Source of the DNA: Gemmatimonadales bacterium | Lineage (GTDB): Bacteria; Gemmatimonadota; Gemmatimonadetes; Gemmatimonadales; GWC2-71-9 | Length of the DNA: 42,758 nucleotides | Assembly: GCA_035718325.1 (NCBI GenBank) | Contig: DASTHG010000021.1 | Span: forward strand, 1-42,758 | Reading direction: 5' to 3' | Shown here: positions 34,029-42,361 of the stretch, in pieces | Numbering within the stretch: position 1 is the stretch's first letter | Layout: every line of letters starts with the position of its first letter | Notes under the pieces: generated by a model | Told to the model about the DNA's origin: nothing | Seen by the model: the letters and a program-made list of their open reading frames with translations, nothing else | The model's database searches: none | Program-made: the position numbers and the translations under genes

Positions 34029-34700
34029 GTGTCCGCAGAAGCCGCGCTGCAGAAGGTCCCGCTCTTCAGTCAATTGTCTCAGGTCGACCTCACGCGGGTG
34101 CTGGAGGTCGCGCGGGAGCGCGCCTATCCCAAGAACTCGGTGATTCTATTCGAGGACGATCCGGGCGATGCGCTCTATGTCGTCAAACAGGGACAGGTCA
34201 AAGTCGTGTTGATCGGCGAGGATGGCCGCGAGGTGATCCTGTCGGTGCTCGGCGAAGGCGACTTCTTCGGCGAGATGGCATTGATCGACGACGAACCCCG
34301 CTCGGCGCATGTCATCGCCATGGGCGACTCGACGTTGCTGGTGCTGCGGCGCGAGGATTTCCAGGGGCTGCTGATGCAGACGCCGGGGATCGCGCTGGCG
34401 ATGCTGCGCGAGCTGACGCGGCGCCTGCGCCGCGTCGACGAGAAAGTGGGCAGCCTGGTACTGCTCGACGTAAATGGGCGCGTGGCGCGGCTGCTGCTCG
34501 ATCTCGCCGACGAAGCAGGCGGCGAACGGATCACGCGCCGCCTCACGCACCACACCATCGCCCAGATGATCGGATCGTCGCGCGAGACGGTGAGCCGCAC
34601 GATGCGGGAGCTGGTGGATAAGGGCTACATCGAGGTGTCGCGGCGCGACATTGTGATCCGTGACCGATCGGCGCTGGAATCCGCAGCCGGACGGTCGTAG
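34029..34700 (+). CDS. Crp/Fnr-family transcriptional regulator (cNMP-binding domain + HTH)
   Basis: VPLFSQLSQVDLTRVL...FEDDPGDALYVVKQGQVKVV...GEGDFFGEMALIDDEPRSAHV (cNMP-binding beta-roll). HHTIAQMIGSSRETVSRTMRELVDKGYI (Crp-type HTH). AAGGGGAG sits 6 nt upstream of GTG 34029. Confidence 0.9.
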   Translation: MSAEAALQKVPLFSQLSQVDLTRVLEVARERAYPKNSVILFEDDPGDALYVVKQGQVKVVLIGEDGREVILSVLGEGDFFGEMALIDDEPRSAHVIAMGDSTLLVLRREDFQGLLMQTPGIALAMLRELTRRLRRVDEKVGSLVLLDVNGRVARLLLDLADEAGGERITRRLTHHTIAQMIGSSRETVSRTMRELVDKGYIEVSRRDIVIRDRSALESAAGRS

Positions 34701-34797
34701 ACAGGTGAGCCTGGTCACCCCACCCCGGTGAGCGCGCAACTTGTCCTACGTCCCCGATTTTCCTTAACTTAGCGATCAATTGGGCGTGCCCGACCGC

Positions 34798-35667
34798 ATG
34801 GCCTACACGGTGACTTTCTGGGGGACGCGAGGCTCGATCCCGACCCCCGGGCCCCACACCGCGCGCTACGGCGGGAATACGTCTTGCGTGGCGGTGGAAG
34901 GGCCCGGCGGGCAGTTGGTGATCCTGGACGCCGGGACCGGAATCCGCGGCCTTGGACTGACGCTGGTCGAGCGGCAAAACGGCGCCGTCGAGGCGGAGAT
35001 CTTGTTGTCGCACACCCACTGGGATCACATCCAGGGGTTGCCGTACTTCAAGCCGTTCTTCGCTCCGGGCAACACGGTCCGCATCTGGGGATCGAAGCAG
35101 GGTACGACATCGCTGGACGAGATCCTGCATCTGCAGATGGATCCGGCGGTGTTCCCGGTACCGCTGACGGCTGTATCGGCGACGTTGTCGCTCGAAGAGG
35201 TTCGTGCCGGCGAAGAGTTCACCGTGGGGCCGTTCCAGGCCCGGGCGATGAAGCTGAGACATCCGGGCACGACACTGGCGTATCGGCTCAAGCCGAAGGT
35301 CGGTGGCCAGAGCATGGCGTACGTCACCGATAACGAGCTGGGCCCGGGGGGCAACTACGGCACGCCGGGGAGCTGGCGCCGGGATCTGGTAGAGTTTCTG
35401 AAGGGCGTGGATCTGCTGATTCACGACGCGATGTACACGCCGGCGGAGCTGGATACGCATCGCGGCTGGGGACATTCGTCGTACGAAGAAGCGGTGGAGC
35501 TGGCGGTGGAGGCGGGAGTGAAGAAGCTGGTGCTGTTCCACCACGAGCCCGAGCACGATGACGGCGCGATGGATGCGCTACATGCGGCGGCACGCCGCGC
35601 GGCCCAGCAACGGGGCGCGACGGCAGAAGTCGTCGTCGCCCAGGAAGGCATGCGACTGTCTCTCTAG
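34798..35667 (+). CDS. MBL-fold metallo-hydrolase (Lactamase_B_2-like)
   Basis: ATG 34798. VTFWGTRGSIPTPG...YGGNTSCV...LDAGTGIRGLG...LLSHTHWDHIQGLPYF (HxHxDH motif)...YVTDNE...LIHDAMY...GHSSYEEAVELA...LVLFHHEP. Confidence 0.85.
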   Translation: MAYTVTFWGTRGSIPTPGPHTARYGGNTSCVAVEGPGGQLVILDAGTGIRGLGLTLVERQNGAVEAEILLSHTHWDHIQGLPYFKPFFAPGNTVRIWGSKQGTTSLDEILHLQMDPAVFPVPLTAVSATLSLEEVRAGEEFTVGPFQARAMKLRHPGTTLAYRLKPKVGGQSMAYVTDNELGPGGNYGTPGSWRRDLVEFLKGVDLLIHDAMYTPAELDTHRGWGHSSYEEAVELAVEAGVKKLVLFHHEPEHDDGAMDALHAAARRAAQQRGATAEVVVAQEGMRLSL

Positions 35668-35684
35668 ATCGAGGTGCAGAACTT

Positions 35685-36392
35685 ATGCGGATGCGTTCAG
35701 TCATCACCCTGCTCGGGTTGGGCCTGTCCGTGGGCCTGTCATCGCTCGCCGCCCAGGGCGGCGGCAATGACCAACGGCCCGGCATCGCCATTTTCGCGTT
35801 CTCGAACGGCGGGTCGTACGGGGCGCAGAAAGAGGATTACGACGCCCTGGAGCGCGGCATGGCCGGGATGCTGATTTCAGAGCTGGGTGCGAATCCGGCG
35901 CTGCGCGTGGTGGAGCGCGAGAACATCCAGAAGCTCGTGGACGAGCAGAACCTCGGGGCCTCGGGCCGCGTCGACGATCAGACCGCGGCGAAGATCGGCA
36001 AGCTCGTGGGCGCGCGCTACGCCGTGATGGGCAGTTTCGTCGATCTGTACGGCGATTTTCGCGTGGACGTGCGGGTCGTGAACGTCGAGACCTCCGAGAT
36101 CATCAAGACCGAGAAGGTCACGATGCAACGCGAGCACCTGTTCGACCTGGTGCGCAACCTGTCGCAGGCATTGAACAAGGATCTGAACCTCCCGCCCCTG
36201 CCGCGCCAGGTGTCGGAGCAACGTATGAGCCGCCAGGTGCCGACCGAGGCGCTGACCTACTACAGCCGGGCGCTGTTGTACCACGATCGCGGACAGAAGG
36301 ACAAGGCGATCGAGATGTACCAGCGCGCCATCGCCGTCTTCCCGCAGTACGCGGAAGCCCAGGACGGCCTGAAGCGGGAGCAGAATTCGTGA
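35685..36392 (+). CDS. secreted CsgG/LpoB-like domain protein with a C-terminal TPR motif
   Basis: GAGGTG sits 9 nt upstream of the ATG. Signal peptide MRMRSVITLLGLGLSVGLSSLAAQ. IAIFAFSNGG...MLISELGANPALRVVERENIQKLVDEQNLGASGRVDDQTAAKIGKLVGARYAVMGSF...VRVVNVETSEI resembles the CsgG-family fold pattern. YYSRALLYHDRGQKDKAIEMYQRAIAVFPQYAEA is TPR-like. Confidence 0.6.
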   Translation: MRMRSVITLLGLGLSVGLSSLAAQGGGNDQRPGIAIFAFSNGGSYGAQKEDYDALERGMAGMLISELGANPALRVVERENIQKLVDEQNLGASGRVDDQTAAKIGKLVGARYAVMGSFVDLYGDFRVDVRVVNVETSEIIKTEKVTMQREHLFDLVRNLSQALNKDLNLPPLPRQVSEQRMSRQVPTEALTYYSRALLYHDRGQKDKAIEMYQRAIAVFPQYAEAQDGLKREQNS

Positions 36393-36399
36393 CCGGCCG

Positions 36400-37182
36400 G
36401 TGAGCTCCGGCCCGATCGTTCAGATCGGCGGCGTCGCGGCGCGCTGGCTCTCCCAAGTGGGGGCGCTGGCGCGCTTCGGCTTTGGCGGGGCGCGCGCCGC
36501 CCTCGCCCTGCCCCGTGCCGGGCGCGCAGTCGTATTTCGCGTGACGCTCAACCAGATCCGCTTCACGGCGGTCAACGCCATCGGGCTCGTCGTCCTCCTC
36601 TCCGGCATTTTGTCGTTCCTGGTGATCTCGCAGGCGGTACGCGAGCTCGGTCAGTTTAGCGCCACCGGCTTGATCGGGACCCTGATGGTCGTGGCGATCG
36701 TGCGCGAGCTCGGGCCGCTGATCACCGCGCTCGCCATCGTGGGCCGCTCCGGGACCGCGATCGCCGCCGAGCTCGCGACCAACAAGGTGATGGGCGAGGT
36801 GCGCGCCCTCGAGGGGATGGGCATCGACCCGCGGCAGTACCTCGTGCTGCCCCGGTTCATCGGCGCGGTCATGAGCGTCTTCGCGCTGCTCGTGGTGTTC
36901 GACATCGTCGCGATATTCGCGGGATTCGCCGCCGCCAGCTTCAACGGCATGACGGGGACGCGCTACACCCAGATCGTGCTGCAATCGCTCTCGGCAGGCG
37001 ATGTCTGGCTCACCATCGGCAAGGCGCTCGTGTTCGGCTGCATCGTCGGGATCTTACCGAGCTATTTCGGGATCTCGGTACGCCGCGCCGCGACGGAAGT
37101 GCCGATCGCGGTGAGCCGCGCCACGGTGGCGTCGATCGTCGGCGTGTTCATCTGCTCCGCCCTGTTCGTCGCGATCCGGTGA
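36400..37182 (+). CDS. mlaE: MlaE-family ABC transporter permease
   Basis: GTG 36400, 7 nt after the upstream stop. IRFTAVNAIGLVVL, VRELGPLITALAIVGRSGTAIAAELATNKVMGEVRALEGMGIDPRQYLVLPRF is the MlaE/YrbE signature region. Confidence 0.9.
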   Translation: MSSGPIVQIGGVAARWLSQVGALARFGFGGARAALALPRAGRAVVFRVTLNQIRFTAVNAIGLVVLLSGILSFLVISQAVRELGQFSATGLIGTLMVVAIVRELGPLITALAIVGRSGTAIAAELATNKVMGEVRALEGMGIDPRQYLVLPRFIGAVMSVFALLVVFDIVAIFAGFAAASFNGMTGTRYTQIVLQSLSAGDVWLTIGKALVFGCIVGILPSYFGISVRRAATEVPIAVSRATVASIVGVFICSALFVAIR

Positions 37183-37189
37183 GCCGCAG

Positions 37190-37867
37190 ATGACCGTCCC
37201 GCTCGCCTTCGCGAACGTCCCCTTGAGTGCCCGCGAGCGGGAGCCCTTCACCCTCAGCGTCGCTGCCCACCAGACGGTGGCGGTCCTCGGGGACGAGGAC
37301 TCGGGCGTGGACCGGCTCGGCGGCTATGCCATGGGCCTCGAGCGTCCCCGCGCCGGCGTCGTGCACACCTTCGACATGGACGTCGAGGCCATGCCCGAGC
37401 GGGAGCGTTTGGCCTTCCGCCGCCGGGTCGGGTACCTTCCTGCCGGTGATGGGTTGTTGCAGAATCTCTCGCTGCGCGAGAACGTCGCGCTCCCTTTGCG
37501 ATTCGGCAGTGACGCGACGCCGTTCGACATCGACGGGCGGGTGAAGGTGATCCTGACCGCCGTGCGGCTCGGCGCCGCGGCCGACCGGCGGCCCGCGCGG
37601 GCGAACGAGGAGGAATGCCGCCGCGCGGCGCTGGCGCGGGCGATCGCGTTCGACCCGCTGCTCCTCGTGCTGGAGCAGCCATTCGACGGCATTACGGCGC
37701 GGGCGTCCGCCGAGCTGCTCGAGATCGCGCGCGGTGGCGAGACGGCCGAAGGCGCCCGGCGCTCGATTCTCATCACCGGTCAGGAGATCCCGACCGTCGT
37801 CCAGCGGCGCTGCGACCGCGTGTACCGATTGACGCGCGCCGGCACGCTGGAGCTGGAAACGGCCTGA
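37190..37867 (+). CDS. MlaF-position ABC ATPase-fold subunit with all catalytic motifs degenerate (predicted pseudo-ATPase)
   Basis: Located between the MlaE- and MlaD-like genes. ABC-fold landmarks are retained (LSLRENVALPL, RRAALARAIAFDP, CDRVYRL). Walker A reads GDEDSGVD, the signature reads ANEEE, Walker B reads LLLVLEQ, and the H-loop reads ITGQ. Confidence 0.8.
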   Translation: MTVPLAFANVPLSAREREPFTLSVAAHQTVAVLGDEDSGVDRLGGYAMGLERPRAGVVHTFDMDVEAMPERERLAFRRRVGYLPAGDGLLQNLSLRENVALPLRFGSDATPFDIDGRVKVILTAVRLGAAADRRPARANEEECRRAALARAIAFDPLLLVLEQPFDGITARASAELLEIARGGETAEGARRSILITGQEIPTVVQRRCDRVYRLTRAGTLELETA

Positions 37868-37878
37868 GGCGAGGACGC

Positions 37879-38814
37879 GTGGATACAGCCCGGCAGGACT
37901 TCACCGTGGGACTCGTGATCGTCGGCGCCATCGCCGTCGTGGTGGGGGCGTTGCTCGCCACCAGCGGCTGGGGGGAGCGGCGCTACGATCTCTACCTGCG
38001 GGCCAGCAACGCGGACGGCCTGACCACGGACAGCCGGGTGCTGTTGCAAGGTCTCGAGGTCGGACGCGTCACCCGGGTCTCGCCGCTGGTCGACTCCACG
38101 AGCCATAGGATCTCCTTCATCGCGCGACTCTCGATGATCGAGCGGTTCGCCGGCGGGGCGGATCTCCGACTTCCCAAGGGCACCAGCGGTCAGCTCGAAC
38201 CGGCCAATCAGTTTTCTCCATCCGTGCTGATCCGCCTGGTCCTCCCCGATTCCACCACCCGCTCGGGCCGCCTCCTCGCCGCCGGAGACACGATCACGTC
38301 GGATCGCAAGATCCCCGTCCTCGAGCAGGTCGCCGAGGTGGCGCAGAATCTGTCCAAGGAAGTCGCGGAAGTCCTGCATCGCACGCATCAATCGCTCGAG
38401 CACGTCGACGTGATTCTCACGCAGGCCAACGGGATATTGAAGGACGTGAAGCCGAACGTGCAGGCGACCCTTGCCGACGTGTCGGCGACGATGGGACGCG
38501 TCAATCAGCTGGTGCAGCGGCTCGACCCCGGCCTCGCCGATTCGGTGTCCGGAGCGCTGGCGCTCTCCAATCGCGTGCTGCTGCGTGTCGACTCGCTCGC
38601 CGCCCAGGCGAGCCAGATGACGACCGAAAACCGGCAGGATATCCGCACGGCGGTGGGCAATCTCACCCAGCTCACGAAGCAGCTCAATCACCTCACCGAA
38701 GAGGTGTCGCGCCGTCCCTACCGGTTGCTGACCGGCGTCAAGCCGCTCGACAGCGATACCGTGCGTCCCGCCGCCGCGCATGCGACGGACCCGAAGGACT
38801 CGACGCGGCCGTGA
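37879..38814 (+). CDS. mlaD: MlaD/MCE-domain substrate-binding protein
   Basis: GTG 37879 after GAGGA. N-terminal anchor FTVGLVIVGAIAVVVGALLA. MCE core YDLYLRASNADGLTTDSRVLLQGLEVGRVTRVSPL. Long C-terminal helical region. Confidence 0.85.
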   Translation: MDTARQDFTVGLVIVGAIAVVVGALLATSGWGERRYDLYLRASNADGLTTDSRVLLQGLEVGRVTRVSPLVDSTSHRISFIARLSMIERFAGGADLRLPKGTSGQLEPANQFSPSVLIRLVLPDSTTRSGRLLAAGDTITSDRKIPVLEQVAEVAQNLSKEVAEVLHRTHQSLEHVDVILTQANGILKDVKPNVQATLADVSATMGRVNQLVQRLDPGLADSVSGALALSNRVLLRVDSLAAQASQMTTENRQDIRTAVGNLTQLTKQLNHLTEEVSRRPYRLLTGVKPLDSDTVRPAAAHATDPKDSTRP

Positions 38815-40760
38815 CGTACTTGCTGCTGCACCCCGCGACCTGGTCGCCGGTGCCGCTCGCCCCGGCCCTGGAGGCGGCGCGCGTGGAAACACGGTCGGTC
38901 TCGGGCGGCCGGGACCTCGTGCCGGATGACCGGCCGACCGTCTTCCTGCTCGATCCCGATACGCGCAGCACCTTCTCGGTGGACGCGCTGCGCGCCTTCG
39001 TCGACGCCGGCGGGGCGATCGTTGCGATCGGCCGCGAGGGCGAGGACGACGTGCCCGACGGGCTGCCCGTCGAGCTGCTGACCGGCTTCGTCCGCTTCCC
39101 GGCGGGGCAACGGCAGCTGCTCGTCTCGATCCGGGCCGGTTACCGTGAAGCAGCCGCGCGCGTCGAGACCGGCCGGGCCCGCGCCGAAGCGGCGCAGCGC
39201 AGTCGCGAGATCGGCGAGATGACGCGGATCGGCACCGCGCTTGGTACCGAGCGCGACACGAAGAAACTCCTGGACCTGATTCTCGACCAGGCACGGCGCA
39301 TCACCAAGTCCGACGCCGGGAGCCTGTATCTCGTGGAGACGGACGAGGACACGGGGATCAAGCGGATGCGGTTCATGGTGGCCCAGAACTTCACCAAACC
39401 GGATCTCCCGTTCCGCGAGTCGACGATGCGGCTCGACCGCTCGAGCCTCGCGGGCTATGCGGCGACGACCGGCGAGCCGTTGGTGATCGACGACGCCTAT
39501 TTCCTGCCCCCGGACGTCGAGTACACGATCAACCGTTCGTTCGACGAGCGGCATGGGTACAGAACGAAATCGATGTTGGTGATCCCGATGAAGGACCATC
39601 GCGAGATCATCATCGGCGTGCTGCAGCTGATCAACCGCAAGGGCACCTACGAAGCCCGGCTCGAGACCCTGGAGGACGTCCAGCGGGAGGTCGTGCCCTA
39701 CTCGCGCCGCGCCGTCGAGCTGGTCAGCGCGCTCGCGGGGCAGGCCGCGGTCTCGATCGAGAACGCCCAGCTGTACGAGCGCATCAACCGGATGTTCAAG
39801 GAGTTCGTCGACGCGTCCGTACAAGCGATCGAGCAACGCGATCCGATCACCAAAGGCCACTCGAAGCGCGTGGCCGGCTGGACGGTCGGGCTGGCGGAGG
39901 CCGTCGACCGCGTCGCCGACGGAGCCTTCGGCGCGACGCATTTCACGCGGGACCAGATCCGCGAGATCGAATATGCGGGGCTGCTGCACGACTTCGGCAA
40001 GGTCGGCGTGAAAGAGGACGTGCTCCAAAAAGCCAAGAAGCTCTACCCCGACCGGCTGGAGCTGATCAAGCAGCGCCACGCCTTCGTGCGCCGCAGCATG
40101 GAACGGGACTTCTGGCGCAGCCGGGCGGAATTCCTCGAGCATCATGGCCAGGACGGGTATGCCGATTTTCTCGCCAAGCTCGACGACGAGCAGCGACGCG
40201 AGGTTGAGCACCTGGATCAGTTTCTCCGCAGCGTCGTCTCCGCCAACGAGCCCAGCCTCCTCCTGGTGCCCGAGAACAAGGCCGAGCTGACACAATTCGG
40301 TGGTCGCACGTACGTGGATCTCGACGGTCAGAGCCAGCCGTTGCTCACCCAGGACGAGGTGCGGTTCCTGACGATCCGTAAGGGGAGCCTCGACGACGCC
40401 GAGCGCAAACAAATCGAGAGCCACGTCGAGCACACGTGGAACTTCCTGCAGGAAATCAAATGGACGCCCGAGCTGGCTCGCATCCCGATCATCGCCTACG
40501 GCCACCATGAGAAACTCGATGGCTCCGGGTACCCCAGGCACATTTCGGGCGACGCGATTCCGATTCAGACGCGCATGATGACGATCAGCGACATCTACGA
40601 TGCGTTAGTCGCGCAGGACCGGCCGTACAAGAAGAAAGTGTTGCCGGAGAACGCGCTCGACATCATGCACCGCGAGCTGGTGACTCCCGGGCAGCTGGAC
40701 GGCGAGCTGTTCAAAGTGTTCATCGACGCCAAGGTGTTCGCGATCGAAGTCCCGACCTGA
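38811..40760 (+). CDS. GAF domain / HD-GYP domain protein (putative c-di-GMP phosphodiesterase) with N-terminal receiver-like domain
   Basis: The GTG 38811 start overlaps the mlaD-like TGA (GTGA). GAF domain: LLDLILDQARRITKSDAGSLYLVE...SMLVIPMKDHREIIIGVLQLINRKG. HD-GYP domain: HSKRVAGW, LLHDFGKVGV (H393 D394), HHEKLDGSGYP (from residue 565), ISDIYDAL. Confidence 0.9.
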   Translation: MTYLLLHPATWSPVPLAPALEAARVETRSVSGGRDLVPDDRPTVFLLDPDTRSTFSVDALRAFVDAGGAIVAIGREGEDDVPDGLPVELLTGFVRFPAGQRQLLVSIRAGYREAAARVETGRARAEAAQRSREIGEMTRIGTALGTERDTKKLLDLILDQARRITKSDAGSLYLVETDEDTGIKRMRFMVAQNFTKPDLPFRESTMRLDRSSLAGYAATTGEPLVIDDAYFLPPDVEYTINRSFDERHGYRTKSMLVIPMKDHREIIIGVLQLINRKGTYEARLETLEDVQREVVPYSRRAVELVSALAGQAAVSIENAQLYERINRMFKEFVDASVQAIEQRDPITKGHSKRVAGWTVGLAEAVDRVADGAFGATHFTRDQIREIEYAGLLHDFGKVGVKEDVLQKAKKLYPDRLELIKQRHAFVRRSMERDFWRSRAEFLEHHGQDGYADFLAKLDDEQRREVEHLDQFLRSVVSANEPSLLLVPENKAELTQFGGRTYVDLDGQSQPLLTQDEVRFLTIRKGSLDDAERKQIESHVEHTWNFLQEIKWTPELARIPIIAYGHHEKLDGSGYPRHISGDAIPIQTRMMTISDIYDALVAQDRPYKKKVLPENALDIMHRELVTPGQLDGELFKVFIDAKVFAIEVPT

Positions 40761-41618
40761 TCACCCTCCGATATCGACGGATCCCGCAAACGTATCGCAG
40801 GCGTCCAGTCGCCCCGACTCAAACCCCCTCCTGAACCACGCCGACCGCTCGCGTGACGTGCCGTGGGTGAAACTCTCCGGATTCACGTGACCCGTCGCCA
40901 TGCGCTGCAGCCGGTCATCGCCGACCGCCGCGGCGGCGTTCAAGCCGCTCTGCAGATCTCCCGGCTCCACGATGCCCTCGCGCCCCGCCTCGTGTCCCCA
41001 GACCCCGGCGTAGCAATCCGCCTGCAGCTCGAGCCGGACGGAAGCATCGTTGCCGCCGCTGTGCGCGCGCTGCTCGGTTCCGAGGAGCCACTGCACGTGA
41101 TGGCCCAGCTCGTGTGCGAGCACGTACGCTTCGGCAAACTCCCCCGGCGCGCCGAAGCGGTCTCGCAGCTCGTCGTAGAACCCGAGATCGATATAGACCT
41201 TGTTGTCACCGGGACAGTAGAACGGGCCGCTCGCCGTCTCGGCGAAGCCGCACGCGGAATTGATGCCGTCGCGGAACAGCACGAGATGCGCGTGCTGGTA
41301 TGGCGTCCCTTGTTGCGCGAGCAGCTCGGTCCAGGTCGCCTGGGCGGTGTCGAGCACGAAGGTCACGAACTGCACCAGCGTGTCCTCGCGCGGCGTCGAG
41401 ACGACGCTGTCGCCCACCACCGTCGCCGGGACGCCTCCCGCCGCACCACTGTCCAGTAACGTGAAGAGATTACGACGGAACAACAGGCTCAGCACCAAAA
41501 GGACGACGAGTCCGCCCACGCCCAGGCGCAACCCACCACCTCCAAACCCGCCTCCGCCGCCGGACTCGCCGCGCCGATCCTCGACATCCGAGCTGTCTGC
41601 GCCGGAGCTCCACCGCAT
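40761..41618 (-). CDS. YpfJ-family membrane-anchored neutral zinc metallopeptidase
   Basis: GGGAGGG SD upstream of the ATG. MRWSSG...DVEDRRG, a Gly-rich stretch, then a TM helix (LVVLLVLSLLF). FYCPGDNKVYIDLGFY, YVLAHELGHHVQ (HExxH), LELQADCYAGVW. Confidence 0.9.
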   Translation of the reverse strand: MRWSSGADSSDVEDRRGESGGGGGFGGGGLRLGVGGLVVLLVLSLLFRRNLFTLLDSGAAGGVPATVVGDSVVSTPREDTLVQFVTFVLDTAQATWTELLAQQGTPYQHAHLVLFRDGINSACGFAETASGPFYCPGDNKVYIDLGFYDELRDRFGAPGEFAEAYVLAHELGHHVQWLLGTEQRAHSGGNDASVRLELQADCYAGVWGHEAGREGIVEPGDLQSGLNAAAAVGDDRLQRMATGHVNPESFTHGTSRERSAWFRRGFESGRLDACDTFAGSVDIGG

Positions 41619-41633
41619 ACGCCCTCCCGATTC

Positions 41634-42299
41634 CTATCGCGTGCCGCGCTGTGCCAGGAGCTCCACGATCTTCGCGCACCCCGCCAGGATCGCCTGGCGC
41701 CGGTCGTCGCGCACCAGCGGCGTGCTCTTGCCGCCGCTGTCGATTTGCGCGCGGGCAATTTCGAGCGTCGTGCGCCCGTAGGGGTCCTTCACGAGCGGGT
41801 CGCCGCCGCGCGACAGCAGCAGCTCGACGACCTCGGGGTGGCCCCACACCGTGGCGAGCTGGAGCGCGGTCCATCCACCCACCAGGGCGTTGACCTGTCG
41901 CCGCGGCCCTTTCACCAGCTCCTTGACCCGATCGAGCAAGCCGTACGCGGCCGCCCGGTGGAGATCGACCTCGGCCCCCCGGTCGAAGAGATACCGCACC
42001 ATCTCGACATAGCCTTCTTCGTTGGCCCAGCCGATCGGCGTCATCTGGTAGGTATCGTCGCGGGCGTTGAGGTCGGCGCCGGCGGCCAGCAGGGTGTCGA
42101 CCATGCGGCGGTCGTTGGCGATCGCGGCGAAGTGCAACGCGGTGCCGCCTTCGTTGCGAATCGACACCAGTGTGGGATCGTCGGCCAGAATGGCTTTGAC
42201 GCGGTCCGCCGACGGTTCCTGCACCGCGGCAAAAAAAGCCGCGGGGTCGGAGCGCCGCGTCCCCGGAGGGGCGCCGCTGTCACGCGTGGGGTCTGTCAT
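41634..42299 (-). CDS. ankyrin-repeat protein (cytoplasmic, no signal peptide)
   Basis: GGAGGAG SD upstream of the ATG. GGTALHFAAIANDRRMVDTLLAAGADLNARDD, TPIGWANEEGYVEMVRYLFDRGAEVD, GWTALQLATVWGHPEVVELLLSRGGDPLVKD are ANK repeats. Confidence 0.9.
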   Translation of the reverse strand: MTDPTRDSGAPPGTRRSDPAAFFAAVQEPSADRVKAILADDPTLVSIRNEGGTALHFAAIANDRRMVDTLLAAGADLNARDDTYQMTPIGWANEEGYVEMVRYLFDRGAEVDLHRAAAYGLLDRVKELVKGPRRQVNALVGGWTALQLATVWGHPEVVELLLSRGGDPLVKDPYGRTTLEIARAQIDSGGKSTPLVRDDRRQAILAGCAKIVELLAQRGTR

Positions 42300-42361
42300 G
42301 GCTCCTCCAGCACTTGTCGACGGGTGCTGTCAGGGAAGTTGGCGGGGTCGACGGGTCCCCG

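Noticed and set aside
34703-34734. GGTGAGCC-TGGTCACC...GGTGAGC downstream of the Crp-family gene, as a terminator or heptamer-repeat relative.
   Set aside because: Only a 5-bp stem (GGTGA/TCACC) and no T-tract. The repeat spacing (24 nt) is not a multiple of 7.
40758-40763. Convergent stop codons of the HD-GYP and YpfJ genes forming the palindrome TGATCA with zero intergenic bases.
   Set aside because: A real observation, but it is explained by general genome compaction. The palindrome is simply TGA plus its complement, and no additional structure is present.
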